Program-made: the position numbers and the translations under genes | Shown: piece by piece, positions 1 through 12,280 of the stretch | Layout of the letters: every line of letters starts with the position of its first letter | Position numbering within the stretch: the first letter of the stretch is position 1 | Notes under the pieces: model-generated | Told to the model about the DNA's origin: nothing | Database searches by the model: none | Seen by the model: the letters and a program-made list of their open reading frames with translations, nothing else | Origin: the human T2T-CHM13v2.0 reference genome, Homo sapiens | DNA length: 64,000 nucleotides | Strand: one strand, 5' to 3' | NCBI RefSeq assembly: GCF_009914755.1 | Contig: NC_060935.1

Positions 1-394
1 CAAAGAGCCAATCTAATTAGTGTTTAATGACTGAGCTCAAGTCAGAATGTCAGCCCTGGACCACCAGGGAGAAGGTAGTCTGGCTTGAAGAGAAAGAGTA
101 CATGAAGAGGGAAGATGACACGGTCGATTGTCTTGGTCTGTCTCTCTGGTGCCAATTGTGGGAGCTACTGACACACGCTGATTTTCCTGAGTAAATCAAG
201 GAAGAATGTAGACAGTGACTTTTCCTCCACTCCTCTGCCACCCTCCTTTATAATAATTTTGGCTTACATGCATACAGGTTTCTAAATGTCTTCAGCATCA
301 GTCTCTGTAACCAACTATTGCCTTTAGCATCCAAACTTTAAAAGATTACTGTGTCCATCAAAGGAGGACTGTGGCTGAATCATTTTAGCAGGGT

Positions 395-670
395 TGTGAT
401 AATCCATAGGCACAGAAAAGCTTTGATTCAAAAAGAACTGAATTCAAATCCTAGTTTTACCAGTTACTAACTGGAGGGATAAATATATAAACCTGTTTTT
501 ATTAGTAAGAAATATTTAGCGGGGGATTGGTTGAATCTCTCTGAGCCTCAGCTGTTTCTTCTTTAAAATGTAATTAGTAATATCTATTTTTACAGAATAT
601 TGAAAGAATTAGACTTCAGATATACAAGCTACAGCATAGGGCCTTGATATTGGAAATTCAATAACTGAAA
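395..670 (+). mobile_element. MIR SINE (degenerate)
   Basis: MIR-like motifs ttcaaatcctagttttacc, ctctctgagcctcag and aaaatg; boundaries approximate. Confidence 0.6.
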
Positions 671-1248
671 ACTTTCTATTATCACACCTGGGAAATATCA
701 AGAGAAAAAAACTGTCCTATCCAAAAATTTCCTTCATACTCCTTCAGTGCAAAACCTCACTCTGCACGTATCCCATTAGTAATTACTTCCTTGACTATAG
801 CAATTTTGCAGGTAACTACAATAATTTATTTATATTAAAGAAGGTTCCTTGCTTTATGGTTCTCATTACCAACTATTGCTAGTCTTATTATAATATAAAC
901 AAATTATAAAGTTGTATTAGAAATAACCAGGTCACATATGTGAAAGAACTGGCTTCAGAGTCTGCTCAGCCTTCAGAGAGTATGAAGGGATTCCTTTTGG
1001 GAATAGGCATGGGCCCACTTAAAAAGGCAGGGTCTGCTCTTGGGGTCTGCCTCTTAGGTGCCTCTTCACCCCCACAGAAGATATTTTCAGTCAAAGTAAG
1101 AGAAATTGATATTACTGCCAAATAAAACCGTACCATTGCAGTGGGGCTTATAGAAGACATTTTCTCTTCTTCAGTCCTCAATTCCACCATTCTGTGGCCA
1201 TTAGCCAGGCATTTTACCTTTCCTCTTTATAAATGATCTCTTGGTTGC

Positions 1249-1664
1249 TATATCAGTTTCCTTGGTCTGCCATAGCAAATGACTACAAATTTGGTATATC
1301 AAAAACATCAGAAATGTATTATATTACCATTCTTGTATTCAGAAGTCTAAAATCACGAGGTTGGCAGGTTTGGTTACTTGTGTAGGTATTTGCTCCATGT
1401 CTCTCTCTTAGCTTTAGGTAGCTGCTGGAAATCCTAGACTCACCATTCATCTCTGCCTCTGTGTGTCTCTGTATCTTAAACCTCCCTCCCCTTTCTCCTA
1501 TAAATCAAATCATTGGATTTAGGGCCCATCTTAGAATAATCTTATTCTGAGATCCTTAACTTAATTACATCTGCAGAAATAGTCTTTCCAAATAATGTTA
1601 CCTTCACAGGTACCAGGTAGGACTAGGACATATAATTTGGGGGGACACTGTTCAATCCTCTATA
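1249..1664 (-). mobile_element. MaLR solo LTR, MLT1C/MLT1B-like
   Basis: Reverse-orientation MLT1 hallmarks: cattggatttagggccc, ttaattacatctgca, ttccaaataa, ggggggacactgttcaatcc. Confidence 0.75.
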
Positions 1665-1739
1665 GTTGCCTCACATACGGTAAAGGTCATGCAAGTCTCC
1701 CCAGTTCTTGTGCTTCCACAGTCCACTTTCCTCCTTCCT

Positions 1740-2325
1740 AACTTAAGTATTTTTAAAAATGTGATTTAGATCCTATCACCCTCGTACTCAAACCACCCCA
1801 AAGGCTTTCGACTGTAGAGCTGAACAAAGCCACAAGTCCTGTCCTGTGGGTTAGAGTCTATGGAACCTAACCTCGACATTTTCCTCCCAAACTTCTACAA
1901 CAGTCCTCTCCTTCTCATTCACATTCTCTCTGTTCTACAAGGACATCAACAGGTTTTTACACTTTCTTCCCCAAGATTGTCCCCAGCTGGTTTTTGCTTA
2001 TTGCAGGGCTGGCTCTCAACCCTTCAACTTTTTGTTCAGATGTCACTTCCACTAAGAAGCTGCCCCTCATTAAACTAACTGAACTAGCTCCCTCTCCTTA
2101 TAGTCACTCTCTGTTCACAGTCTGTTTTCTATTCTTCAAGTATGTATCAAAATAAAAAAATACCGTATTTATTAATTAGTTTTCAGCATGTTCATTGTTC
2201 TTTCCCCACTAGAATGTATGTGTCATGAGACCAGGAATTGTTTTGCTTGTCACTCATTCCCCACTATTACACCTGTGTTTGAAACATAGTAGGTTGAAAA
2301 AAAAGTGTTTGTTTATTGAATGAAA
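1740..2325 (+). mobile_element. L2 LINE 3' end
   Basis: ctagaatgtatg...catagtagg...ttgaatgaa resembles the L2 3' terminus. Confidence 0.65.
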
Positions 2326-2389
2326 GCATAGCATCATCATGTCTCAAAGGAAAAGAGGCAGAGAGGAAGGAATGAATGCTAATTGTTAA

Positions 2390-2570
2390 ACTACCACTAT
2401 ATGCTTAATTATTTTCTTTACACATACTAACTCACTTAACTTTCACACTGATCCCATAAGGTAGACTCTATTACTTCTCCTACATGTGATACAAAGAGGC
2501 TAAATGGCTTTCCTAAAGTCACATAAAAAAGAAAACCCAGATCTACCTGACTTCAGGGCCCACATTCTTT
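2390..2570 (-). mobile_element. MIR SINE
   Basis: gaggctaaatggctttcctaaagtcaca and ctgacttcagggcc resemble reverse MIR core. Confidence 0.6.
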
Positions 2571-3654
2571 CAAATAACTCTATCCCACAGGGGAAAAAAA
2601 GGAAAGGAAGTTTGAAGGAGTCATCAAAATATGCTATGGGAAGTAGACTGAGGATAAAAATGCCCTACTTTTTTAGTCAAACCCCTTTCAGGTGTTTTCA
2701 AATGGAATAATAGTTTACATTGTCTTTGTGGCGATGCTGTGGATGTCTGTGAAGTTGGGGTGGGGGAAGTGCTGGGATGCAGAAGGATCCAGCCAGTTTG
2801 CTCAAAATAACTGGGGTGGGTGTTTGCTTTTCACTTGGGTAAATTTAATTAGCATTGTGGGTGTCTAAGAACTGTTGCAGATCTCCTCTGGCTGCTACAC
2901 AAAATCATCCTGGACTATGTTTAGCATTTCTGGAAACACGCCTCTGATCCCCATCAAACTTGCAGTGAAATAGGGACTCAGGTGCCTCAGTCAGGAGAAT
3001 TTGAACCACTACAGAGAAGAAAGTTATATTTAAGATGAATTGAATGAAGTATTTCAATTACAATATACTTGAGAAACCTTTTCAAACCATGCTAGCTCTT
3101 ATGGTTTGTTGATTAAACACATATATTATTCATAGCACGTATTAAAAAAACTGCTTAATACCGAAGCGATGTTTTAAAAGAATTAAAATGAAGCTTGTCG
3201 CTTGAGAAAATAAATGCTTTCTCCAGTCCTTATCTTTCAAAAAAGAAGGTATGCTTATTTCCCCTTCTTACTTAGCTGACTTTTGTACATTTATGCCAAC
3301 CTTAATCAGAAATGTTAACAATTTTCAGGATATTTGTTTTCTATATCATTATTTAAAGATCAGAAACATTACATTGATGATTTAATTCTCAAGAATATCT
3401 GTGACCAGCTGCATGAAGCAATTAAGAGTCACAGCCTGGCCAGTTCTAAATCTGAACTTAATGCTTAGTTCATGCATGCATGCATAAATTCAACAAATAT
3501 TTAATATGACCTCCTATGAATCAGTTACTGGTTAAGAAAATGTTTGGTGTCATATAGCTCATATTCTAGTGAAGAAAACAGATAATACGTATATAAATAG
3601 CTAGAAAATGCAATGCCAGACAGTAGTTAATGCTATAAGGAAAAGGTAAAGTAT

Positions 3655-4435
3655 AACAAATGTTAGTGAGGATGTGGAGAAATTGAATCCCTTATACACT
3701 ACTGATGGGAATGTAGAATCTGCAGCTACTATAGAAAAGAGTATAGAGGTTTCATAGAACTACCGCATGATCCAGCATCCCACTTCCGGTTATGTATCCA
3801 AGAGAATTGAAATCAGGATTTCAGACCATTCACAATAGTCAACATATGAAAGCAACCTAAATGACTCTTGATGGATGAATTGATACATAATAAAATATGT
3901 GGATACAATGGCATATTATTCAGCCTTAAAAAATAAAAAAGTCTAACCATTTGCATCAACATGGAAGAACCTAGAGGGCGTTATGCTAAATGAAATAAGC
4001 CATTCACAAAAGGATAAATACTGTACAATTCCACTTACGTGACAGATTTAAAATGGTCAAACTCATAGAAGCAAAGAAAAGAATGGTAATTTCCAGAGGC
4101 TAAAGGAAGGGGAAAATGGAGAATTATTGCTCAGTGAATATTCATTTTCAGTTACGCAAGACAAATTCCAGAGATCTGCTGTACATAGTGCCTACAGTTC
4201 GCAATATGGTATTGTGCACTTTAAAATATGTTAAGAGGTAGAAATCATGTTAACCATTTTTACCACAAAACAAAACAAAACATAAGGAAATTTTTGGATG
4301 TGATGGATATGTTCAGTACCTTAATTATGGTGATGGCATCACAGGTGTGAGAATATGTCCAAACTCATCAAAATATATACATTAAATATGTGCATTTTCT
4401 GTAAATCATTTATATCCACACAAAACTTTAAATAG
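3655..4435 (+). mobile_element. L1M (L1MA/L1MB-age) ORF2 end and 3' UTR, inserted in an antisense L2
   Basis: gaggatgtggagaaattgaa, ttattcagccttaaaaa, atgctaaatgaaataagcca and gtgatggatatgtt are L1M 3' motifs; L2-like sequence on both sides (about 3470-3650 and 4440-4990). Confidence 0.85.
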
Positions 4436-4992
4436 AAAAAGTAAAGCAGTTAAGGAGAAACGGAGTGATGTTAAGGTGACAATAAATGTTTGAACAGAGA
4501 TCTGGAAAAGTGAGGAAGCAAGGCCTGTAGGAATTTGGGTTCCAGGGAGGAGATAGAGACAGCAATTGAAAATAGAAATCTCCTGACATGGAGGCATGCA
4601 TGGCATGTCAGGAAATAGCAGGGAGGCTGGGGTGGCTGGAGATAAGTAAGTGAGAGGCAGAAAAGAGAGAAGAGAGAGTGGAGAAGCAGCCAGGCTTAGA
4701 ACATATAGGGCTTGGGAGGGCAGAGGAGGCACTTCGAGTTTCATTTCACGTAGAAGGAAACCCAACAGATGGTTCTGAATAGTGGAGTGACATGAACTGA
4801 CTAACCTTTTAGAAGGACATCTACAGCTTCAGTGTTGAGAATAAACTCAACGGGATCAAGGGCCAAAGATCATAATCAGAAAAGTCACTACTATGGTTCA
4901 ATGACAGTGTCTTGAACAAGGGTGGGAGCAGCAATGATGGTGGCGAGAAGCAGTCAGTTTGGAAAGGAATTGCTAATGGACCAGATGTGGAG

Positions 4993-5802
4993 TGATATTG
5001 AGAAGTGAAGCCAGCTGGACTTCCTCGGTTGAGTGACATTGAGAGGTGAAGCCAACTGGACTTCCTGGATGGAGTAGGTCAAGCTAGCTAGAGGTTTGTA
5101 AAATGGACCAATCAGCACTCTGTAAAATGGACCAATCAGCAGGACATGGGTGGGGACAAATACGGGAATAAAAGCTGGCCACCCCAGCCAGCAGTGGCAA
5201 CCTGCTTGGGTCCCCTTCCATATTGTGGAAGCTTTGTTCTTTCACTCTTCACAATAAATCTTGCTGCTGCTCACTCTTTGGGTCCATTCCACCTTTAAGA
5301 GCTGTAACAGTCACTGCGAAGGTCTGTGGCTTCATTCTTGAATCAGCGAGACCACGAACCCACCGGAAGGAACAAACTCCGGACACAATATGGTTTGGAT
5401 GTTTGTCCCTCTAAATCTCATGTGGAAATGTGATTCCCAGTGTTGGAGGTGGGCCCTACTGGGAGATGTATGGGTCATGGGGGTGGATCCCTCATGAATG
5501 GATTAGTGCTGTTCTTAAGATAATGAGTGAGTTCTCACTTTCTGGGTTCATGTGAGATAGGGTTGTTTAAAGAGCCTGGCACCTCCTCTCTCCCTATCTT
5601 GCTCCCTCTCGCCATGAGATAGGCCAGCTTACCCTTGGCCTTCCACCTTGATTGTAAGCTTCGTGAGGCCTTACAAGAAGCCGAGCAGGCACTGGTGCCG
5701 TGCCTGTGAAGCCTACAGAACTTGAGCCAGATAAACGTCTTTTACTTATGAATTACCCAGTCTCAAGTATTTCTTCATAGTAATGCAAAATGGACTACCA
5801 CA
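4993..5802 (+). mobile_element. MSTB-like MaLR solo LTR, interrupted by LTR12F
   Basis: Begins TGATAT, resumes ATATGGTTTGGATG at 5388, ends aatggactaccaca; 5-bp TSD TGGAG at 4988-4992 and 5803-5807. Confidence 0.85.
4999..5387 (+). mobile_element. LTR12F-like (ERV9 family) solo LTR
   Basis: tgagaggtgaagcca start, repeated ccaatcagc boxes, ggaataaaagctggcc, aataaatcttgctgctgctcactc, end aactccggacaca; 4-bp TSD ATAT (4995-4998, 5388-5391). Confidence 0.85.
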
Positions 5803-7099
5803 TGGAGAAGAAAAGAATGAGAGAAAACGAAGATGATGCCCAGATTTTTGGTCTGAATAATGGGGTGAAATATAGTACCATTTACCTAAATGGAACTTTT
5901 TGCAACTCTATTCAAACAAAAAGCAAAAAATAAAGATTATTCAGTAAATGATTTCTATCATTATTGTCCTTTCAAACACAGAAGCAGAAGAGTGGGACAT
6001 ATTTTCTTTTTGTTGTTGTTGTTTAAATTAATTACCCTGCCTTGCTCAGAATTGTTTTAAGGCAGCTCACTGGGAGTATAAAATATGTCAAGATAGCATA
6101 AATTAGAAATGGAACAAAAATGGCCTTTGGCCCTACAGTTCCAATGTTAGAAATTTATCCCAAGGGGAGACATAATGTATTGTGTGAGCATAATAGAAGG
6201 ATGCTCACTGCTACACTGTTTGTTATGGTAGAGAATTGGGAATGACATAGTCAAATTAGTCATTATACATTATTGAAATCACTACTATCAAATCAGAAAT
6301 ACTAACATTACATTAAATTGATAGAAACAGATGTTCATTATATATCATGAAGAGGAAAAAATGCAGGTTATCAAAGAGCAAGTAAAGCATGATTTTCTCT
6401 ATACAAACGTATACACATGCATAGAATAAAATCTATAAACTCACATGCTGAATTACTAAAGGTAATTATTCCTGGCTTGGGATATGACTGAATAACTTTT
6501 ATGAAAATGTTTGTACACGTTGACAAGATGTTATTTTTAAAGTGGGGAGGTGAAAGAATAAAGAAAAAGTATGTGCAAAGAGAAGCTGTAAGCCTAAAAT
6601 TATAAACCAACATAACATTCTATCCACCTGCTACACGTGGTACTTAAATTTAGCTCTAACAAAGATAGCAGCTAAGACTAAAAGACCTAATTACAAAATT
6701 CACCATGTCCAAAAATAAAAATATTGTCTGTATAAGAAGTGTGAGTCTTGACATTCTCAGGTGACCTGGAACATTCTTATCTCTACAGATGTCCTTGAGT
6801 TATTTCTCCCTGGTCACCATCCACACAGGACAGCCAGCCTGTGTTTTAGCTCCTTGAACATGCCCATCCTGTTTTTACCAGAAGTTGCTAGCATAAGCCC
6901 TTGTCTCAAACACTACTTCTTATGCTATTCAACTGAAAACTCTTAACTTTTAAGTCAGTTTAAACTTCACTTTATCACAAAAGCATTACTTGATTCCCCA
7001 ATAATAAATGATTGACCTATAATTCCTTCTTGGCACATATCATTTAATTATGTAACTATCTGTATGATAGCTTTTGAAATCATTCTCTTCTTTGTTAGA

Positions 7100-7548
7100 T
7101 AGTACGTAGGCAAAATAACACCCCTTTCTTCCAAAATATATCCATATCCTGCTCCCTGGAAGCTGTGAATGTTATTTTACATAGCAAAAGAGATTTTGCA
7201 GATATGATTAAATTAAGGGTTTTGAGTTACAAGATTATCCTGGATTGTTCAAGTACACCCAATGTAATCACAAGGATCCTTACAGGGGAAAGAGAGAGGC
7301 AGGAGAGGGAGAGAAAAGATATGTAAAGCTACAAGCTAAGAAACGCAGGCAGCCACTGGAAGCTAGAAAAGGCAAGTGAATAGATTATCCCTTTAGAGAC
7401 TCCAGGAGGAACACAACCTTACTGACATCCTAGTTATAGCCAAGTGAAATCCATTTGAGATTTCTGAATTCTATAAATGTAAGATAGTATTTTTTTAAGC
7501 CACTAAGTTTGCGGTAGCTCTTTATAGCAGTAACAAGAAACTATCACA
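7100..7548 (+). mobile_element. MLT1D-like MaLR LTR inserted in L2
   Basis: tgtgaatgttattttacat, ttgcagatatgattaaattaagg, cccaatgtaatcacaagg, aagccactaagttt; L2 3' end resumes to about 7670. Confidence 0.8.
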
Positions 7549-8396
7549 GATGTTAAGAATCATGAGAGTAGCAACCTTATTCATTTTGTTCACCACTGTA
7601 TCCACAGCATCTTACAAAAGGCTTTGACACATTGTAGGAAAGTTATAAATATTTGTTGAATGGGTGGATGTTTAAATAAATTAGGCAGCATTTATTCCTC
7701 AAAATATTTCCCCAATTTAAAAATAACATGAATGCTAACATGGCAAATAACAAAGCATGTAAAAAACCCATTGCTTTATGCAGTCTTTAACTCATTCAGG
7801 TGAATTTTCCATGCATTATTGATCTTCTGATAAACTGAATATTATTTGCCATTACACTCAATTTTTAAATCACCCCAAATCTCACAGACAACTTTTAGAA
7901 GAAGTATCTAAGTATATTATTTCTTTTTAAAGTTCTTCTAGAACTTCTAGAAATAATGAACTATTGGAAAATGTATTTCCATACTGATTGTCAGAAGTAA
8001 GGATATGAGATTACTCATCCCTGTATTTTGTCATTCCCATCCTGTACCAGTAATCTTTGCTTTGCTTTGATGTACTTACCAGGTCAGTTCACAGACAGAC
8101 AGCATAAAGTGAGGTCTGTAGTACAAGCCCAAATGCTGACAACTGAGCTAAGACTTCAGGGGAAAAACAAATATCCGCAGGTGACAATTGAGCACCTGCA
8201 AATTTATCTATAATGTTACACATTCTGCCTGAAATTATGTTAGTCGTTTTCAGAGAACTAGAAATTTGACTAACATTGTCTCCTTTCATTGATTTTTTTC
8301 AAGTTCCGTGAGTAACTTGAATATTCTACCAGCTACTTGAAATGTTCCCAGCAGTACATTAGTTCTCAAACATAAGCACACGTTAGAATCACCTGG

Positions 8397-9074
8397 CATT
8401 TTGGTTGCACCTGGAGGACATTATGTTAAATGACTTAAGTCAGGCGCAGAAAGACAAATAACGCGTGATCCCATTGATGTGTGGAATCTAAAATAGTTGA
8501 TCTCATAGCAGTAGAGAGTACAATGGTGGTTACCAGAAGCTGGGGTGATTATGGAAGAGAAAGGCTGGGAGATGTTGGTCACAGGATGCATAATTACAGT
8601 TAGATAGGAGTAAGTTCAAGAGATCTATTTCATGCCATGGTTATTATAGTTAATTACCATAAATTGTTTTCTTCAAATATGTGAAGAAAGTGTATATTAA
8701 GTGTTCTCACCACAAGATCTATAATTATGTGATATAATGCATTTGTCAATTAGTTAGATTTAACCATTCCACAACATGTATACAGTACATCACTTAACAT
8801 CATTCATAGGATCTTGGAAACTTTGACTTTAAGTGAAACAAACTATAACCAACCATATTTTTACCCATCAACATTATCACAAAATAACCAAGGACATAGT
8901 ATGCATCATTTTGCTTAAAGTTGAAGTTTCCAAGAATCTATCGATGACATTAAGTGAGGACTTACTGTATACTTCAAAACGTTATGTTGTACACAATAAA
9001 TACATACAAATTCATGTCAATTTAAATCGATAAATAAATTTGAAAAAATGTTCTAATGTTTGCAACAACAAAAA
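8397..9074 (+). mobile_element. L1MA 3' UTR fragment
   Basis: ggaggacattatgttaa, cagaaagacaaata, gtagagagtacaatggtggttaccag, A-rich tail; degenerate TSD agaatcacctgg (8385-8396) / agcatcacatgg (9075-9086). Confidence 0.85.
8783..8967. mobile_element. MER6B-like Tigger-derived MITE inside the L1MA
   Basis: Long imperfect inverted termini (cagtacatcacttaacatc...ggatcttggaaact / agtttccaagaatctatcgatgacattaagtgaggacttactg) with TA on both sides. Confidence 0.75.
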
Positions 9075-9309
9075 AGCATCACATGGAGGGCTTGTTAAGA
9101 CAGATTGCTGGGCCTCGCCCCCTGTGTTTCTGATTCAGTGGGTTTCACGTAGATCTCGGACTTTGCATTTCCATTAAATTCCTGGGTGATGCTGCTGCTG
9201 GTCCTGGAATCACTGCTGAAGTGGAGGCTCCTGGTGCCCCACCCAGATTCTCTTACCAACAGTTGTGAGTTGTAGCAGATAGCAATTATAGCAATTCATT
9301 GCTGCTTTT

Positions 9310-9790
9310 CCTGTTTTTCTGTTTTATTTTGTTTTGTGTTTTTTTTCCCCCAACTTTTAAGTTGAGAAGTACATGTGAAAGTTTTGTTGCATGGGTAAAT
9401 TACATGTGACTGACTTTTGGTGTACTAATCATCCCATCACCTAGGTAGCATAGTTAGTACCCAACAGGTAGTTTTTCAACCCTTGTCCCCTCTCCCATCC
9501 TCCCTGTTCTAGTCATCCCCAGTATCTACTGTTCCCATCTTTATGTTCATATGTATAAGTGAAAACATGTGGCATTTGGTTTTCTGTTCCTGAATTAATT
9601 CACTTAGGATAATGGCTTCTAGCTGCATCCATGCTACTGTGAAGTACAAGATTTTGTTCTTTTATGTGGCTGTGTCATATTCCATGATATATATGCACCA
9701 CATTTTCTTTATTCAGTCTGCCATTGATGGGCATCTAGGTTGATTCCATGTGTTTGCTATAGTGACTAGTGCTGTGATGAACATATGAGT
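9310..9790 (-). mobile_element. Old L1PA (about PA13-16) 3' end
   Basis: Reverse L1 3' UTR: T-rich tail, tacatgtgaaag, ttaggataatggcttctagctgcatccatg, gatgggcatctaggttgattccatg. Confidence 0.85.
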
Positions 9791-9880
9791 GTTTTGTGTT
9801 TTGAAAGGCTTCCATGACCGAAGGAAGCCTGCTTTCTGAGAGGCTACAAGAATACCACTCATCTCTCATTCCATCCCATC

Positions 9881-9893
9881 ACATACACACACA

Positions 9894-9948
<55 letters not shown>
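9881..9948. repeat. (CA)n microsatellite
   Basis: Direct observation. Confidence 0.97.
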
Positions 9949-9949
<1 letters not shown>

Positions 9950-11558
9950 GTGGCAATCACTGCCTGCAATGGGTACAAGAAGGCAGCTTCTTTGCCTCCA
10001 ACTTTTGGTGCAATTCCAGCTCCATAGTTACCCATCCCTAGGTCATCCCTAATGCTAGACTCTGGCTGAGTTCACTCTCCTGTTTAATTCCTTATCCCCT
10101 GTCCCAATCTACTTCCCTCACTCCCTTCTCCCTGAGACTATGTCCTTAGTAAATCAGTGGAACCAGAATTCTTATCTCTGCCTCTAATCCAGGGAAGCAG
10201 ACCTAGGTCATTTCCTTTTTGGCCAGAAGGAAACTTGACTCCATGCATTGATGTCCAACTGGCACCTTGGATAACATCAGAATTGGAAAATATCTTTAAT
10301 TACTAATGCAGAATGAGTACCATATCCCTGCAGAACACTGGGTCCTTGATCTATAAAATGTGGCTGGCCACATTTATTATTATTATTATATTATTATACA
10401 CTATTATATTATTGAATTATATCATTATATCAAATATGAACTGAAACATTATTTCCTTAGAGAAGGCTCATTATTTTCCTGATCTCTCAGTTCAAGGTTG
10501 GTTCCTCTGTTTAATGGTGTCGTAATTCCTGATACCTAAATAGAATGGGTTTTAGTGAATATTTTATAGTATGTTTTAATTTAATATATATCTCCCCATC
10601 AGACTGTAAGCTCTGGAAAAGCAAGAATTGTCTTTACTTCAATGCCTAGTATGTTGGTTACTGTAAAGTATGAACATAATGCTTATTTGTTGAAGGAATA
10701 AATGCCTAAAGAAACAACAGTTTCTGAGAGCGTTGGAGACTTCAGAATTCTCACCACGAAAGTCAGGCTTCATCTGTTGCATGTGGCAAAGATGCACAGG
10801 ATGGATGAATGTGAAGTGGACCCTTAGCTGCAGACTACATAGAAGAGTTTCCTAGATGGGTCAAGTAGTCCAAACCAAGGAGGGAAACAGGAAGTTTTGG
10901 AACTGGGGATCTATTCACCAAGAAGGCTAATTTGTGACCCCATGCTCATGCTTTGTATTTTTATTTCAAAGTAAAAGCCTGGCATTAATAATATAGTCAC
11001 TTTATAACAGAGGCTGTGCTCAACTCATTCTGTGCCCTGTGCCTGATGAAATAACATTGCATTCACCATTGTGTTTATGATATAGGCATGCAGATATCAT
11101 TATAGACAAATTTACCTTACATTATGCTATACGATGCAGGTTTTAAACGGTTCCACACTTGTCAGATAATCAAAGACTAAGATAAAAGTATGCATATTAT
11201 TGTTCTCTCCATGTCCTTCTAGTATAGAAATGTCAAATTGCAATAGTACCACAATAAATCTTGACACTTGTCTCCTATAAAATCTATTTTGAACTTGAGC
11301 ATGAGAAAAATGAAAAGGCAGGGAAATCTAATGAATAATTGTTGAAAGGCTAGCTAAGTAAAGAAAATGCAAACCAAAGACATTAAAAATCAATTTAGAA
11401 GCAAATAGCATTTTGTCAGACTTAAGAATTATTAATTAGGGGTCTGAGGTACACTCTCGTCACCAAGATAACAGAAAACAAGGCATGCAGAAAATAATTA
11501 ACAATTAGCCTAGTATTTTTTTCCATCTTATTTTAAGATAATCTCACTTAAATACATA

Positions 11559-11660
<102 letters not shown>

Positions 11661-12103
11661 GAACATTCTTCCTGGGAATAAATCAAAGCACCCCCAGTAG
11701 TGCTAAAATCTAAAGTGCTATGCTGGAGAGCATTAAGGAATTTACTGAAATGGATGTGGACTGCCTCCTTCTCTGAGTCATCAGGTTTTAAATAGAAATG
11801 AGATAGTAAATTTCTGCCCGCATCACACTCTGTGTCTTCTCTGATTCACTATTCTCATTCATCTTGCTGCTTTCTAATTTGTAAAGATGCAGGCAACGTA
11901 TAAATATTCATGGCAGCTCTGGAAATAGACTACATAGCGCTCAGTCTTCCGTTAGAAATGGGCAGAACATCAAATAGGGCTGGAGATGAGTCTCAAAAAT
12001 GATACACTTGGCTTGTCACTGGACGAGAAAAAAGAATGGCATGATTATGTCAGAGAAGAATTTCACAGCTGAATCTGTGAGGCTTCCTGACTATGGCTTA
12101 AGC

Positions 12104-12280
12104 CAGCGGTTCTCCAACCTGCTACACATCAGAGTCATGTGGGAGAGGATTTAAAATTAACAATGCCTAAGGTTCATGCCCAAAGATTCTGATTTAATCT
12201 ATTTTGGATACAATCGGGGAACTGATAGTTTACTAGATTTTTCAGGTGATTCTCATATGCAACCTAGGTCAAGAGCTACT
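12104..12280 (+). mobile_element. MER5-family hAT element
   Basis: cagcggttctccaacct, agattctgatttaat, caggtgattctcatatgca. Confidence 0.7.

Larger units (their letters stand above)
8352..9215 (+). mobile_element. MER5A-like hAT-Charlie element split by an L1MA insertion
   Basis: ttctcaaa...agaatcacctgg on the left; gagggcttgttaa...cagattgctgggcc...tttctgattcagt on the right. Confidence 0.75.
9220..10212 (+). mobile_element. LTR16-like ERVL LTR interrupted by L1PA and a CA repeat
   Basis: ggtgccccacccagatt start and ccagggaagcagacctaggtca end resemble LTR16 termini. Confidence 0.5.

Noticed and set aside
7930-7953. ttctagaacttctagaa as a heat-shock element
   Set aside because: Central GAA-to-TTC spacing is 1 nt rather than the 2 nt required
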